A DNA stretch of 64,000 nt from Oikopleura dioica (lineage: Eukaryota; Animalia; Chordata): the NCBI GenBank assembly GCA_907165135.1, contig OU015569.1:6064769-6128768 (forward strand), read 5' to 3'. The translations under genes and the position numbers were made by a program. The notes under the pieces are model-generated. The model had not been told where the DNA came from. It did not search any database and worked only from the letters and a program-made list of their open reading frames with translations. Shown one piece after another: positions 39,461 through 51,777 of this stretch (positions are counted from its first letter, which is position 1; every line of letters starts with the position of its first letter).

Positions 39461-39592
39461 GTCCGCGGAGGACAGTCGATGCTGCGACTTTCGATTCTAA
39501 AAATATACCTCTTTATGTTAGAATAACTAATATGAACGGACGTGAAGCAGATCTTAATGGCAGAGATTAATGCATTTTTGATGCGCGCGTGT

Positions 39593-41019
39593 TCACTTAA
39601 AATTTTCCCCTTCGTCTTCTTCACTTTTCACATGGGAGACGCCTGCACCATACTCGACGCATTGGGATGGCTTCGCTGGGAAATGTCTCTGTGCCGCCGT
39701 CATCAACCGTTTAAGACCTAAACTTAAATCGTAAGCAAAAAAAAAATAAAATCAATAGTTTTTCCAATATCTGCTGATTCTGATTGCATTAAATAAATAA
39801 TCAGCTATGGAAGCATTTCTGTTAGGAATGATAACTCACCTTGGATAAACTTCCTTTGCGTTTCGTCGTTGAGCACATGGGCCACGTATTTCATTGAGAT
39901 AGTTTCTCTACTGGGACGCATGTGGATACCGACGTGATCAACACCAATCGGCCAAGGCGCGTTTCCGATCGCCATTTTCAAGTAAACATCGGATGCCTTG
40001 ACAAAACATCAGTTCAAAATCGATAAATTTGCTTTTCACAGATTCGATTGCAGTACTACAGCATTAATTATGAATTAATGATCACCGCTCGAATGAATCC
40101 GCCCAAAACTTACCTTTATATAATTTCTGTCGATGCAGTACTCGACAATCAACGATAAATGCTTCATGATGTCTTCGGGGCAGACGTTTCTTTTGATGCG
40201 ATCGAAGAGTGGCTGAATGTACGAGTCCGTTTGTTTCCAAACAGCCGACAGGGCTCTGCCGTGATGGGAGGATTTTTCTTCTTGGGATCTGGAGTTGAGT
40301 TCCTCCGCCCAGCATCTTTGCCAGAATTTAAATGCTTTGATGATCATGCCACTTCTTGCATTATACGAGACTTCTTTCAAAATGCCCTTGTTCGCTACTA
40401 GCCAGTCGTTGTCAACTTCTGGATGTTCATTTTTAAAGACTATGTTGTACTTCTTCTCTGCCTTCTCTTTTCCGGCAGCGATATCTTTTGTGACCTCCGT
40501 GAGATCCTCATCATCAAGCTGAAATTATAACTTGGCGATTATTTAGCATAACGGCTTTATACCTGATCCATTGCACTTTTAATTTCGTTTGTCCACCCGA
40601 GGATCTTGTAGTTTTCGTCTTTTCCAAGTTCGATTTTGCGTAGACGAAAGAAGGTATCCTGGTCGTTTTCTCCAAAGAGACGGATGGGCTCATTTCGCGC
40701 CCGTAGTTTCTGAATGACAGTTTCTCGTGGCATCATTTTCGCTTGATCTGGACCGAGACGATCGAGCATCGCCTGTGTTTTATCTTCTAGTTCCTGAATC
40801 CTTTGCTTCGATAAGTTTAAAATTGCCCTTTGGAAAACGATACCTGTCTCGAGGAGCAGGAGCTTTAGCAATTCCCATTCGTTGCTGATATTTTTCCTGT
40901 TCTATTCTTGCAAGGTCTCCTCGTTTGAAGAATTTTTTCTTTGGGTCAATTTTCAATTCTGTTTCGACTTTTTTTCGCTTTCGGTCGATTTCCCCTTTCA
41001 TTAACGCGGCGAAATCCAT
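39593..41019 (-). CDS. PRPF18: Pre-mRNA splicing factor PRP18.
   Basis: [17 protein letters not shown]..., then ...[25 protein letters not shown]..., then the Prp18 domain [18 protein letters not shown]...[14 protein letters not shown]..., then [14 protein letters not shown].... Confidence 0.85.
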
Positions 41020-41173
41020 CTTACAAATCTGAAGAGGGATTGTTGTTAGCGTAAAAATCCAGTTAGATGACAAGTTAGATACAATATAGATATAAGCGCG
41101 GAATAAAAATATTGTGAGGCAGGGCTGAGATGCGTAAAGTCGGCATCTGGGCAGTAAAGAAAACTTGAACTCA

Positions 41174-41788
41174 TCACTCGTCATAGTGAGAGCGGCCAAC
41201 AGTCTTATTGAACTCGCGGCGCCAACTGGACCAGTAAAGCTGACAGGCTGCGTAAACTTCATCAGCTGATTCATTCCAGGTCTCCTCGACCTGGCCTTAA
41301 TTATTTATTTGTAAACTTTCGATACTAATGCCCTGCTTACTTCTACGCTCTTCAGTCAACTGCTCTGGAAAATCAACCTCATTCTTCTCGATGTCAATCT
41401 GTTTCATCACAATATTCTTCCAAGTAAGCATTTGCCCCTGCTTTTCCCAAAATTGAAGAAACTCGTTGTCTTCTGAAAAATCAACATTCTTTCCTTCTTT
41501 CACGAGACGCAATTGCTCTTCCCAAGCCTTGCTGAAAATTAACGCCGCGTATTCATCTTCCGAAACACCAAGAATAGATAATTCGTTGTCGAACATGTTG
41601 GCTAACTCGTCGACGGGATCTTCCTCTGGAGCTTCCTCTTCGGGTAATCGAAACTTGTCCCAACGTTCACTTTCTAGATTCAGCTCTTCTTCGTCGGACA
41701 CACTTTCATCTTCATCTAATTCTGATACATCTTCGGCTTGGTAAGATTCATCAGCGACATTCTCGTCCGAGTCAGACAATTCAAGCAA
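41174..41788 (-). CDS. Acidic protein of unknown function, beginning with MLELSDSDEN...DEDESVSDEEE. ORF 42002-42283 may be its N-terminal exon.
   Basis: ...SKAWEEQLRLVKEGKNVDFSEDNEFLQFWEKQGQ...EERRS splices to QVEETWNESADEVYAACQLYWSSWRREFNKTVGRSHYDE-stop. Confidence 0.4.
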
Positions 41789-42001
41789 TTCTTTAGCAGC
41801 TGCTTCTAGCTCAGCTGGAGAGTCTTAACAAAGGGATCTACTGAATTCTTTATTTCTTTTTATTGATGATGATTTTTCTAGTTTTTATTGCTGCGTTGAA
41901 TTCAGTGGATTCCTAGCTTTGGCTTTTAATTTCCCGAGAAGCCCTTGCGAAAGAGCCGAACTGTAACTGAAGTAAGATTAACTTCTACACGCGGGAACGT
42001 A

Positions 42002-42283
42002 CTAGTCTGTTGTGTATGATTCGGTGAAGATCACTTTCGTTTTTCCGATATAACCTTCGGCGACATATTCCGTGTAAGTCCCATCATGTTGTCCAGGAAC
42101 ATAAACTTCGTCAAACTCAAAGTCCCCGTCATTCGTGACTTCATGCTCGTCGGAATCATTGCTTTCAAGCCCGTCAGTGGAGTCTGAGTCTGACTCCTCT
42201 TCGTCGGAATCCTCATCATCGAAACAAACTTTATTCCTCTTCTCAGATACGTGTCTTGGTAGAAACTCGTCTAATACACTCAT
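42002..42283 (-). CDS. Asp/Glu/Ser-rich acidic ORF of 93 aa. It may be a separate small gene or a 5-prime exon of the 41174-41788 gene.
   Basis: An intact ORF on the same strand, in tandem and 215 bp upstream of the next ORF. No homology was recognised. Confidence 0.25.
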   Translation of the reverse strand: MSVLDEFLPRHVSEKRNKVCFDDEDSDEEESDSDSTDGLESNDSDEHEVTNDGDFEFDEVYVPGQHDGTYTEYVAEGYIGKTKVIFTESYTTD

Positions 42284-42532
42284 AGAGCCTCCGATGATAT
42301 ATTCTGATTCTTCGGGGAGTTTTCAACAATGCGATTCATGCTAAAGCTACTTGCATTAAACGAAACGGTTCGAAGTCTTTACGCTGATAATTTATTATCT
42401 GAGGACTTATGTTGAACTAGGAAGGAGAAGGTGACAACAAAACGTGTTTGTCAATAAATAAGAGTCAGTAACATGTATTCCCAAGATGGACGATTTCGTG
42501 AAGAAATGTAGATTTGAACTTAATGGTTTCTT

Positions 42533-44154
42533 TTAGACCTTGAGGAACTTCTTGAGGCCTTCAGTAGACATGGATTTAGGTCGCTCAAGAGGAAGTCCGA
42601 CGGCTCGGGACCAGATCATCTGAGAGAAGCAGCCAAGAGCTCGGGAGACACCAAAGAGGACAGTGTAGTATTCCATCTGGGTGAGGTTGTAGTGCTAGAA
42701 ACAGAGTAAGAAATAGAATACTAGAAACGATATTTACCTGGAGGAGAACACCGGAGTGAGCATCCACATTGGGCCATGGGTTCTTGGCCTTGCCCTGCTC
42801 GAGGAGAATGTCTGGGACGATCTTGTAGAGCTGAGAAACGAGCTTGAAGAGCTTGTCGTCGGGAAGGTGCTTCAAAGCGAATTCTCGTTGGCAAGTGTAT
42901 CGGGGATCAGTCTTTCGAAGGACGGCGTGACCGTAACCAGGAACGACTCGACCACCCTTGAGGAGTTCCAGATGAAGTCCCGGAGTTTCTCATCGGAGAC
43001 TTCGTTGGAGCCAAGATCAGCAATGAGCTAAAACAGTTTATAATTGAATAAATCTCTTCTTTTCGTACCTGAGTGAGCCAGACGAGGACTTCCTGGTTGG
43101 CAAGGCCGTGGAGGGGACCAGCCAAACCGTTCAAGGCAGCGGCAAGGGAAAGGTATGGGTCGGAAAGGGCAGAGCCAACCAAGTGGGAGGTGTGGGCAGA
43201 GACGTTGCCACCTTCGTGGTCGCTAAGATATCATTTTTGAGAAAGGGCGCTTATGTTTCGGACTTACGTGTGGATGGTGAAGTAAAGTCGCATGAGTTCA
43301 ACGAACTGGGGGTCGTTGAATCCGATCATGTTGCAGTAGTTGGCGGACCAATCGAGACCAGAGTCGGTGGCTGGAAGGTGTCCGTGCTTACCGTAAAGGT
43401 TGTTGAAAATCTTTCCGGCGATGGAAGGAAGGTTGGCAATGCAGTCCATGCAATCTTCATAGACATATTCCCAGTAGGAGGCTTTGTTAACACCCTGAGC
43501 ATAAGCCTGAAAGAATCGTTAGTAATGAAAACAACGTATTTTTTTACCTTCGCGAACTTGGACTGGGAGTTCATGAGAGTAACAGCGGCGGAGAACTGGG
43601 CCATTGGGTGGACATCCTTTGGGAGGTTGTCGAGCATCTCAGCGACGTGAGATGGGAGGCCAGCTCGCTGGTTCCACTCGTTGGTGAGGGCCTGGGTCTG
43701 CTCGACGGTTGGCACTTCACCGGTGACGAGGAGCCAGAAGAGAGCTTCGGGGAGGGGCTCGCCGCCTTCGACGGCAGATGGAAGGAGCTCCTGGCATTCA
43801 GGGATAGTCTTGCCTCGGAATCGGATACCCTCGTCAGCGTCAAGGACAGAGGTCTCCCAGACCATAGCCTTGATGCCTCGCATGCCACCGTAAGCCATAT
43901 CGACTGTAACATTTCCAAGCTAATGATTGGCAATCAATGGTTGTTATTTTGCAAAAAAGTGCTTACAGAATCGCCGCCATGATTTTTTCGGAATTCTTTG
44001 ATCTCAGCAATCTTGCCGGGAATCTGGGCAGCAACGACTTCCTTCAAATCCTAAAGAGAAGGTGAGACAGATGATCAGCTTTACGATTTACCGTGGAGGA
44101 AGCAGCACGAGTCTGCGTTCGGAGGAGAGGTGTGGCGGCTCGTCGCAATGCCAT
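42533..44154 (-). CDS. CS: Mitochondrial citrate synthase.
   Basis: The N-terminus [21 protein letters not shown] is a targeting peptide. Exons read [29 protein letters not shown]...LPSHV...MAQFSAAVT, and ...[44 protein letters not shown]...[15 protein letters not shown] is near-identical to eukaryotic CS. Confidence 0.95.
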
Positions 44155-45003
44155 TCTAAGATTTGGAGTTGTGATTTTTAACAAATAAACGGAAAAATCG
44201 AACTAAGCAGAAGAACGAAAAATAAAAATGGATCGAAGTGTATTCTAGAAAATATTCATTTTTACTTAATTTTGAAAAGTACTTTTCTAACATTTTACCA
44301 AGATATTTTCAAACTAAATCCTCATTCCTCGCTATATTCATTTATTATTCAAATTGAATTTCGATATTTTCGGATATTGAAAGCTTTTCTGAATGAAAAA
44401 AAAATTATCGCCGGTTTCTCTGGTAGAAAAGGGACTGGTATTGGTGAGGAATGGGATCTTGGTTGAGTAATAATCTCTGGACTGGGCGAACTCTGGCCCA
44501 AGTTGGCTGCACACAACGGGACGTGTTGATTTCAAGCGCGCTCATCTCAACCAATCAAATGCGCAAAAAGGAGCCTGAATCTATTCCCGGCCGAATTCCG
44601 TTTCTCTTCCCCATTTTTTCAACAGCTCTCTAATCGTCATGTCTCATCTCCCGGGCAGAATGACGGTTATCGAAATAAACGTCCTCGCAGTTCTGCTTTT
44701 TCTCAAGCAAAAAAACGTGTTTGCTTTATTACCAAATTATTGCGAGGTTTCACTAACAATAATTTTTTCATAATTTAATTGACTTTCATTTTCCTCTATT
44801 TGTACAATTTAACTTCTGAAAGTGAAGGTTTATTTATTTTATGGTGGAATCAGTAACAAAAATCTATTTGTAGCGTGGATTTTCTCGGCCGATAAGAAAA
44901 AAATATAGTATGGACCATACTGTATGGTACACTAATAAATAGTATAGTTTTGAGGGTCTGAGTCATCACCAATGACGTCATAAGGGCCCCCTTTGAAAAA
45001 TGG

Positions 45004-45271
45004 GAATGTCCCTCTGTATCTCTGAAAATTTTCAGAAATATATGAAGATTTTGGCATCGTTGGAAAGCCCAGTTCAAACTGGTTGTGAGCACAAGGTGCG
45101 CATGAAGAAATTTCTAGAAAAGAATTTTTTTTGGGACAAAATCTTTTCTAAATATTTTTTTCGGAATTTCTTATTGCGCACCTGGTGAACATAACCAGTT
45201 TGAGCTGCGCTTTCCAACGATACCAAAATCTCTTTATATTTCTGAAAATTTTCGGAGATACAGGGGGACAT
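45004..45271. mobile_element. Palindromic MITE/foldback-like element of about 270 bp. It has 110-bp arms at about 85-90% identity around an A/T-rich 40-bp centre.
   Basis: The left arm atgtccctctgtatctctgaaaattttcagaaatat...ggcatcgttggaaagcccagttcaaactggttgtgagcacaaggtgcgcatgaagaaatttct matches the reverse complement of the right arm. Mirror-image ORFs 45000-45188 (+) and 45074-45271 (-) both encode ...CISENFQKY.... A TGACGTCA palindrome sits just outside at 44973-44980. Confidence 0.6.
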
Positions 45272-46006
45272 GACCTGACATTTTCAGGTACTTATGCACT
45301 AGAATTGGAGATTTTCCGAGGCGTGGACACAAAAAAATCGTACCATTCGACTCCTTAGAACTTGCGCTACAAGATGAGCACAAAAAATATTGAGGTCACG
45401 ATTTTGCTCCGCAGAAGTTATTTTCATCTATCATCTGCTTTACTTTTCTTCTTTGATTGCAGTCGCAGAAGGCCCATTTTGAGCAAAGGAAACGAACAAT
45501 TAAAAATGAAAACGTGCTTTTATTACGACCATTTTCCTTTTGAGCCAAGCTGAATAGGGTAAAAGGAAAACGATTGTGTTACTTATGTAAATATGAGTTG
45601 CGTTACTCATAAACCAATCATCAAAATTGAGTTTCCTGTATGATTTGAAATAGAGCGAAAATCTCAAGAAAGGAATCCAGGAAAAAAAAATAAACAGAAT
45701 CAATGACTGAAGAGAATATAGAGCTGGAGAAGCGGGACTCAAATAGAAATGATGTTCAAATTGACGGGCAAAAACATGTTGTTATAGGCAAGGTTACGCA
45801 TGCAGTTCGATAAAGAATTATTGCAGCTAGTTTCTTATATTTTTCTAACGGATTTATTAACCCTTACTCACAGATGGCCCGCAGAGACCGAAGGTGCAAA
45901 TCGATGGTTGGGAAACAGGAGGAAGAGCCCCTGCAAAAACAAAGGAAGAACTACGGGTATCATGAAAAACGTTTTCTTTTGCTAATAATTTTTATTTAAG
46001 TACTAC

Positions 46007-47237
46007 ATGCGCTGTAAGACCCTTTGCTGTCCGCTGGGGAGTGCTTGCTCCAACAGATGTTATGAAATGGGGATGACTCGATGCTGGTGCTGCTTTGATT
46101 CGATGCATAATTGTAGTGAAAGCTATTTGATCGACGAAAATATACCGACGAGGCCAGAAAAGTATGCACAAATCGAAGAATGGTTTAGGAGTTTCAATTG
46201 CCAGGTATTTCTGGTAAAAGAGATTTAATCGATTCCCATTCTAAAGCCTTTACCTTTGGTCACGATGATTACAACTTTGATCGAAGTTGGCTATTTCGTC
46301 TACGTCAGACATCTACCGGGGGGCTATAACGAAAACATCCTTGACAGTCCTCTCCTGTGGCGCTATGAAAGCAAATCTCTTTGGTACATCTGGATCACTT
46401 ACTCGTTTTGTCATGGCTCGCTTACACATCTACTTTCAAATTTATTCCTGAAAGTCTTCCTTGGGCTCTTTGTTGAAATGGAGCACAAGTGGCTACGCGT
46501 GCTTATAATTTATATACTTGGCGTTGCTCTTGGAGCGCTTTTTCATTCTGTCGTTAATCCCTGTTCGCCTCTGTGTGGCTCTTCTGGTGGTTGTTTTGCT
46601 CTTCTCGGTAATGCTCCGAATCTAACACCGTACTTTCAACTATTTAGGCGCTGGAATCATCAAATTCAAGCGCCATTACAAATACAAGGGCAGAATGCGA
46701 CGCTGGTGCAACTACTCTACCTGCATGATCATTCTTTTCCTTACCGCCGCTGATCTCGTGTACACTTTGGTGAATTGGTTTTCCTGCGCCCCGGCTACAA
46801 ATTCGACGGCAATCTCAGCGCACGTTGGCGGCCTCATTGCTGGTCTCTGTGTATCATACTGGGCGCTAAACAAGTTCCAAGAATCCTGGGGCCAGAATAT
46901 ATATCGCCATCATCGATATCGATATCAGGCAATCACGGATGATGATGTCGTCTGTTGTGCGTATAAGGTACTTTTTACTCAAAGTTCGAAGCAAATCATT
47001 TTTATAAGCACTGTTGTGAGGCTTGGTTTCGTAATGCAGATTGTATTAAACTGTTCAAGGTAAATTGTTTCGACGTTCATTTCGTTTAAATAATAATTAA
47101 GGACTGGAAGGCTTGGCTTTTCGCAATCATTCTGATTGCTTCGTTTGTTGTATCGATTCTTCTCAATTTGATGAATACAGAAGAGGATGGATGCCTTGCG
47201 TCAGTCGAATTTAATCGAGATTGCTTCCAGTTGTAAT
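46007..47237 (+). CDS. Rhomboid-family intramembrane serine protease with a Cys-rich N-terminal region.
   Basis: The ORFs join as ...SFNCQ / PLPLVTMITT...HGSLTHLLSNLF...GSSGGCFALLG / AGII...AISAHVGGLIAGL... / DWKAWLFAIILIASFVV. The catalytic GxSGG and the His motif AHxGGxxxG are both present. The N-terminus reads CKTLCCPLGSACSNRCYEMGMTRCWCCFDSMHNC. Confidence 0.8.
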
Positions 47238-48102
47238 TATTTATCTTCCGAAACTGAGAAGCATACCTTGGCCTTCCTTTTTCTTGTACAAAATAAACAA
47301 ATATAATATAATAAAGTGACCAAATTGAGAAAGATTTATTGGATTGTTCTTGTTACACGCATTTTTGTCAGAAGTTTTCAAGATGAAGTTAGGCTTCGCC
47401 GGCGTCGAAGTCTCCATCTTCGAGTTCTTCTTCGAATTTTTCTTAGAAAAATTATTATAATGGCTTTTGTTGGATTTCATTTTACTGGTTATTTCCGCAG
47501 CGCTAACGCTGACAAGACGCTGAAGCTTGTCGGAAAGGATTTCGCAGCTGATTTGAGATTTGAGGATTCCCTGCGCGGACTTCTTAGCTTGCTCCACAAA
47601 AGTCATATCCTCTTGGATTCCAGCTTTGGTTCTGATCTCTTCGTTGACGGCGGACTTCATTTTTCCTTCTTTCGTTTTAATAACCTAAAAGATGACAATC
47701 GAATAGACTTTCAATTTTCCGTTCTCTTTATAAAGAACTTAAGCGTTTGCAAGTATTTTTTGGTGAGTAATTTACTTCATTTATAGTATCGTCGATTCTC
47801 TTTCGAACAGTTTTCATTTGAATCTCCGTCATAAGTTTGCTCTTCTGAGATAATTGGCCAGAGTCTTTTAGATCGTGAAGCATGGCATGAAATTCTACAT
47901 GCATGTTGACTCGGGATTTCTCTTCGCCAGCTTCAGTTGCAGACATTTGTCGAATGAAGGCGTTGGTTTTCTCCTGACTTGGATTGTCGTTGACATCGAT
48001 CATTCCATCGCCGTCTTTTAGCTCATCGACAGCAACCGACTTGCCTAACTCACTTTTGCTCTCTATTTTCTTTGGATCGACTTACCAGAACTGCACTTGT
48101 TC
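47238..48102 (-). CDS. Putative N-myristoylated protein of unknown function, starting MGNKCSS then GKSVAVDELKDGDGMIDVNDNPSQEK.... The exon joins are uncertain.
   Basis: Met-Gly at 48102, then a gtaagtc intron, then ORF 47728-48003, and possibly ORF 47241-47660. Confidence 0.3.
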
Positions 48103-50753
48103 CCCATTCAAGATTTTCTATTCTCTTTGCGCGCTTTTTCGACGCTCGGCGCTCCTCTGAACCCTCAATGTGAAGCCACCGGAAGTAAATTTCGACGTAG
48201 CTTAATCACATCCTCTAAGTTTTTTTATTTGATTTCTTTACATTGTAAAATTACAAAAAATGTAAATAGATTCTGTTTCAAATAAATTCTAAATTCAAAC
48301 ACTACGAAATTTCAAGTTCAGCATACAAGATAAGTTAAAAATTAGCGTTGAAGATTTTCTGGTAACGATCATTGATGGGAAAACCTGGTCACTACCAGCT
48401 CAAAGAGACGGCTCCCGTTCTTTATGGAAGGAGAGACTCTCGATTTGCAAGCGACTTGGTATCACTGAATGGCACCGAGTCCCTAGAAGAAAACAACAAA
48501 GATGGCGGCTTCTTGATCCAGACCTCCCGGATACTACCTCGGAGGTTGACGGTACCGACGAAGATACTGACACCGAAGATAGTGCATAGACTGAATTCCC
48601 CCTGTGATCAGCTTTTCATTTAAAATCAAGAAATAAATTTTAAACCCAGTCCTTCCGGAAATAAAAAAATTCTCGCCAGAATCAACCTTTCTGCAACATA
48701 TGTTTTCCGCAAATAGAACGTGCAGTTGCATGTAAAAATCTGCAGAGTACACTTGTTCTACCGCCATATAAATGATCGAGCGGAGTTGCTTCACATCACA
48801 TTTTGTTTTTATCTTGAAATATGAGAATTCTTCCTATTTTGACAGGTATGAAGTGATAGTGAGCGGAGATATACTTTTAAGTTTTTGCGAGCGCCTGGGA
48901 GACTGGCGTCAGCTCGGTCGGAATGGTGCAACAGAAGCCCGTTTCTGTCTCTATCGTCGGTCGAAAAAAGGCGAAGAAACAGAAGGCGGTGATCGATGAT
49001 AGCGGCCTCTTTGGCAACAGCAAGGGTAATGGGAAAAACAACGACATCGAAGAACGAGGAACTCACCAATGCGGCGGTGTACGCATCCCTTCCATTGAGG
49101 TACCCTTCTTTCTGATTGTCACTCGTTCATGATCGCTAAGTGCTCTGATGGAAACTGCGAGGAGGGATTTCCCCGGTACGAACGACCTTGCCACTTTCCC
49201 ACTTCAGACATGGGAGGCAAGTTCAAGTGCCGAATCCTCTGCGGCGCCGGCTACGTGGTCGAGGACAACGCGCCGAAGAAAATAAAATGCATCGGAAATA
49301 AGGAACCGCTCTCAACTGTCCGGTTTTAAGCTTATTTTGCATGAAGACAGCTTGGTAAGAGCGCGTGAAGGCAAACGGCTTCCGCTGGAAGAGAACAATC
49401 AAGAACAACATCGTCAAATGTGTGCCCAAGATGTAAATCCAAATATCATCTGTGACCAGTTCAGTAGCTGGATGTCCCGTGGCTAGTTTCAATCGATTTG
49501 GGAGGTCGGGTTGAAATTTTCACTCATCACTTCTTTTTTAAAAAATAAACTCTAAACTGTATTTGTCGACTTCTTATCGCGTTCTTTATTTCGAAGATAT
49601 GTGCTCCCATATTGGCTCTATTGCTGGAGGAGAATGATCACGTGCGAGAAAATCGGTTTTCGGATGATTTAGAACCGGACAGAGCTAGGCACCGTACCTG
49701 ACTGTGAGCTACCACACTAGCTGCGACTCGCAGTAAGCTCTTGTGGACGCCAACGGCCAGGCGCCATTGTACTAGACTAAGATTAGCTCAACCACACTCG
49801 CCTGTTGCCCCGCGCTTTTCCAAAAGAAGGCGTTTTCTACCCTCGAAAATCGTCTTTCTAGCCGATTTCTTCCCATCTGACAGTATAATAACAAGGCTTG
49901 ATTGCAGGGCAAGTTTCTTACCAGTCGAATGACATAAGAAGCACGAACTAATTCCATCTGTTAGTATGAGAAAAATGTCTAGTCCTTTACGACAGCGTTA
50001 AATTCTCTCAAAACTTTTTCTAGGGAGAAACAGGCTCAGAGCAAATATAACGCGACTCGTTTTTTTTTCAGAGAGGTTGTATTAAAATCCTATTTTTCGA
50101 AAATATGAAAATCAGAATCTTTTTATGTTGGGAGTGGTGGAATATGATTATTTCGATTTAGAAATTGAAGAAGAGAGAGAGGGGAAGGTAGAGCTGGCGC
50201 GTTGAGTGGGATATTTCAATGTGTGGCGCGTGTGTGGACGCCGTCCCATTCTAATAGCGTTAGCTGAGTGGCCGCCCTCGGCTCTGCCCTGCGCTGCTGC
50301 TCTCCTATCTTTCAACATTGTAACGCTGAAGCATAGCAGCAGAGTTAAAAAGAGACTAAAATTCGCTGTCAGTGTAGAACTAGGCCCGTCCGAGCCTCTA
50401 GCAATCGAAGAAGGGCCAAAACTTTGATAATTACTTCAGACGGTTGAACGGTTCATCAACGGGTGCTCGCGCCGCTCTGCTGGAAGACATCCTCGCAACC
50501 AACAAGTCTAGAGGTCAGTCAACCCTCATCCTTTCCTTCGCTTGCAAATGTTATTTACAGTAGATAACAGTAATTTTTGAGTTTGAATTTCAAATAATGC
50601 TGCTCAATTTTTCGCGATTTTAGGATTTCGAGCACAAATTAAAATTCATGAAACTCGAGTTCTTGTTTATATTTCAGTATGCTAACTAAAAAGAAAAAAA
50701 AAATCAGTAAATGAAATACATGACTATATTCAGTTTAAATCGAGAGCGATAAA

Positions 50754-51777
50754 ATGCCAAAAGACCGAAATAAACCGCGTGGAAGAACCACTGCTTACGG
50801 ATTCTTTGTCATCGACGAGAAAGAGAAGCATGCAAAGGTAGTCTTTCCGTCACTCAATTAATGAATTTACAATCGTTCCAGGAAAATCCCGGTGTCAAGA
50901 TAAATTTCGGAGAATTCTCAAAACTCTGCGGACAAAAATGGCAGACTATGGGCGAAGAGGACCGAGTTGACTACGAGAAGAAAGCAGCTGATGTAAGCAT
51001 TCTTGCTCTACTTTGGAATATAAAATAAACTTTCCTAGGACAAAGTCAGATACGACAATGAAATGGCTAATTATGAGCCACCAGCTGGCGCAAAAAAGAC
51101 GAAAAAGCGAAAGAAAGACCCCAACGCTCCAAAAAGACCGGCGACTGCGTTTTTCCTCTTCTCTACCGAGGTACTTATTCTAATTGGAAAAAATGTCTGA
51201 CCTCATGTTTGCGCGAATTCGATGAATAGTTTATACCCGAGAAAGATCTTTGAGAGTCTCTACCAGCTTATGTTCAAAGATCGACATGTTTCGTTAACTT
51301 GTAGGAAAACTTTGGGATCGCTTCTTGAGTTATCAATTAGAAATCAAAGAAATAGTTTCTTGGTTATTCTGTGATTTATTCACGCAACTTTAAACGAACA
51401 CAAATTTTCATCAAAAACCTAGAATCGGGAAAAAGCAAAGGCTCAACTTGAAGAGGGCGCTAAAGTTGGCGATGTAGCGAAGAAGCTCGGCGAAATGTGG
51501 AAAGCTGCCAGTGCGGTAGGATAAGTGCTAAGCTTTCCTTACGTTAACCTTTTCATAGGAAGAAAAGGAAAGATTCGCAAAACAGGCGAAGGAATCCAAA
51601 GCTTTGTACGACAAGGCAATGGAAGAATACAAAGCGTAAGTTACCGTAAAAATGTCATTTTTTCAATAATTAATCAGATCCGCGCCAAAAGAATCGCCCC
51701 CAAAGAGGAAGAAGAAAAAGGTGTCTTCCGAAGAAGACGAGCCATCCGATATCTCTGACGAAGACCACGATTATTGA
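50754..51777 (+). CDS. HMGB: HMGB-type high-mobility-group protein with two HMG boxes and an acidic tail.
   Basis: Five exons read [28 protein letters not shown] / [37 protein letters not shown] / ...[20 protein letters not shown] / [31 protein letters not shown] / [26 protein letters not shown] / ...[15 protein letters not shown]-stop. Confidence 0.9.

Noticed and set aside
48372-48594. Acidic ORF ...SLWKERLSICKRLGITEWHRVPRRKQQRWRLLDPDLPDTTSEVDGTDEDTDTEDSA
   Set aside because: There is no in-frame start or convincing upstream exon, and no family was recognised. It may be part of a 3-prime exon of an unresolved gene.
48772-49330. Sushi/CCP-like Cys pattern in ORF 49129-49329 (CHFPTSDMGGKFKCRILCGAGYVVEDNAPKKIKCIGNKEP) and neighbouring ORFs
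   Set aside because: I could not assemble a coherent multi-exon model. The pattern is short and could arise by chance in a GC-rich stretch.
49660-49800. Possible C/D-box snoRNA or other ncRNA (ggaTGATGA-like box then CTGA 40 nt later, with local stems agctag...ctagct)
   Set aside because: The boxes are too close together and there is no clear terminal stem or second box pair. I cannot verify a fold without tools, so I left it uncalled.
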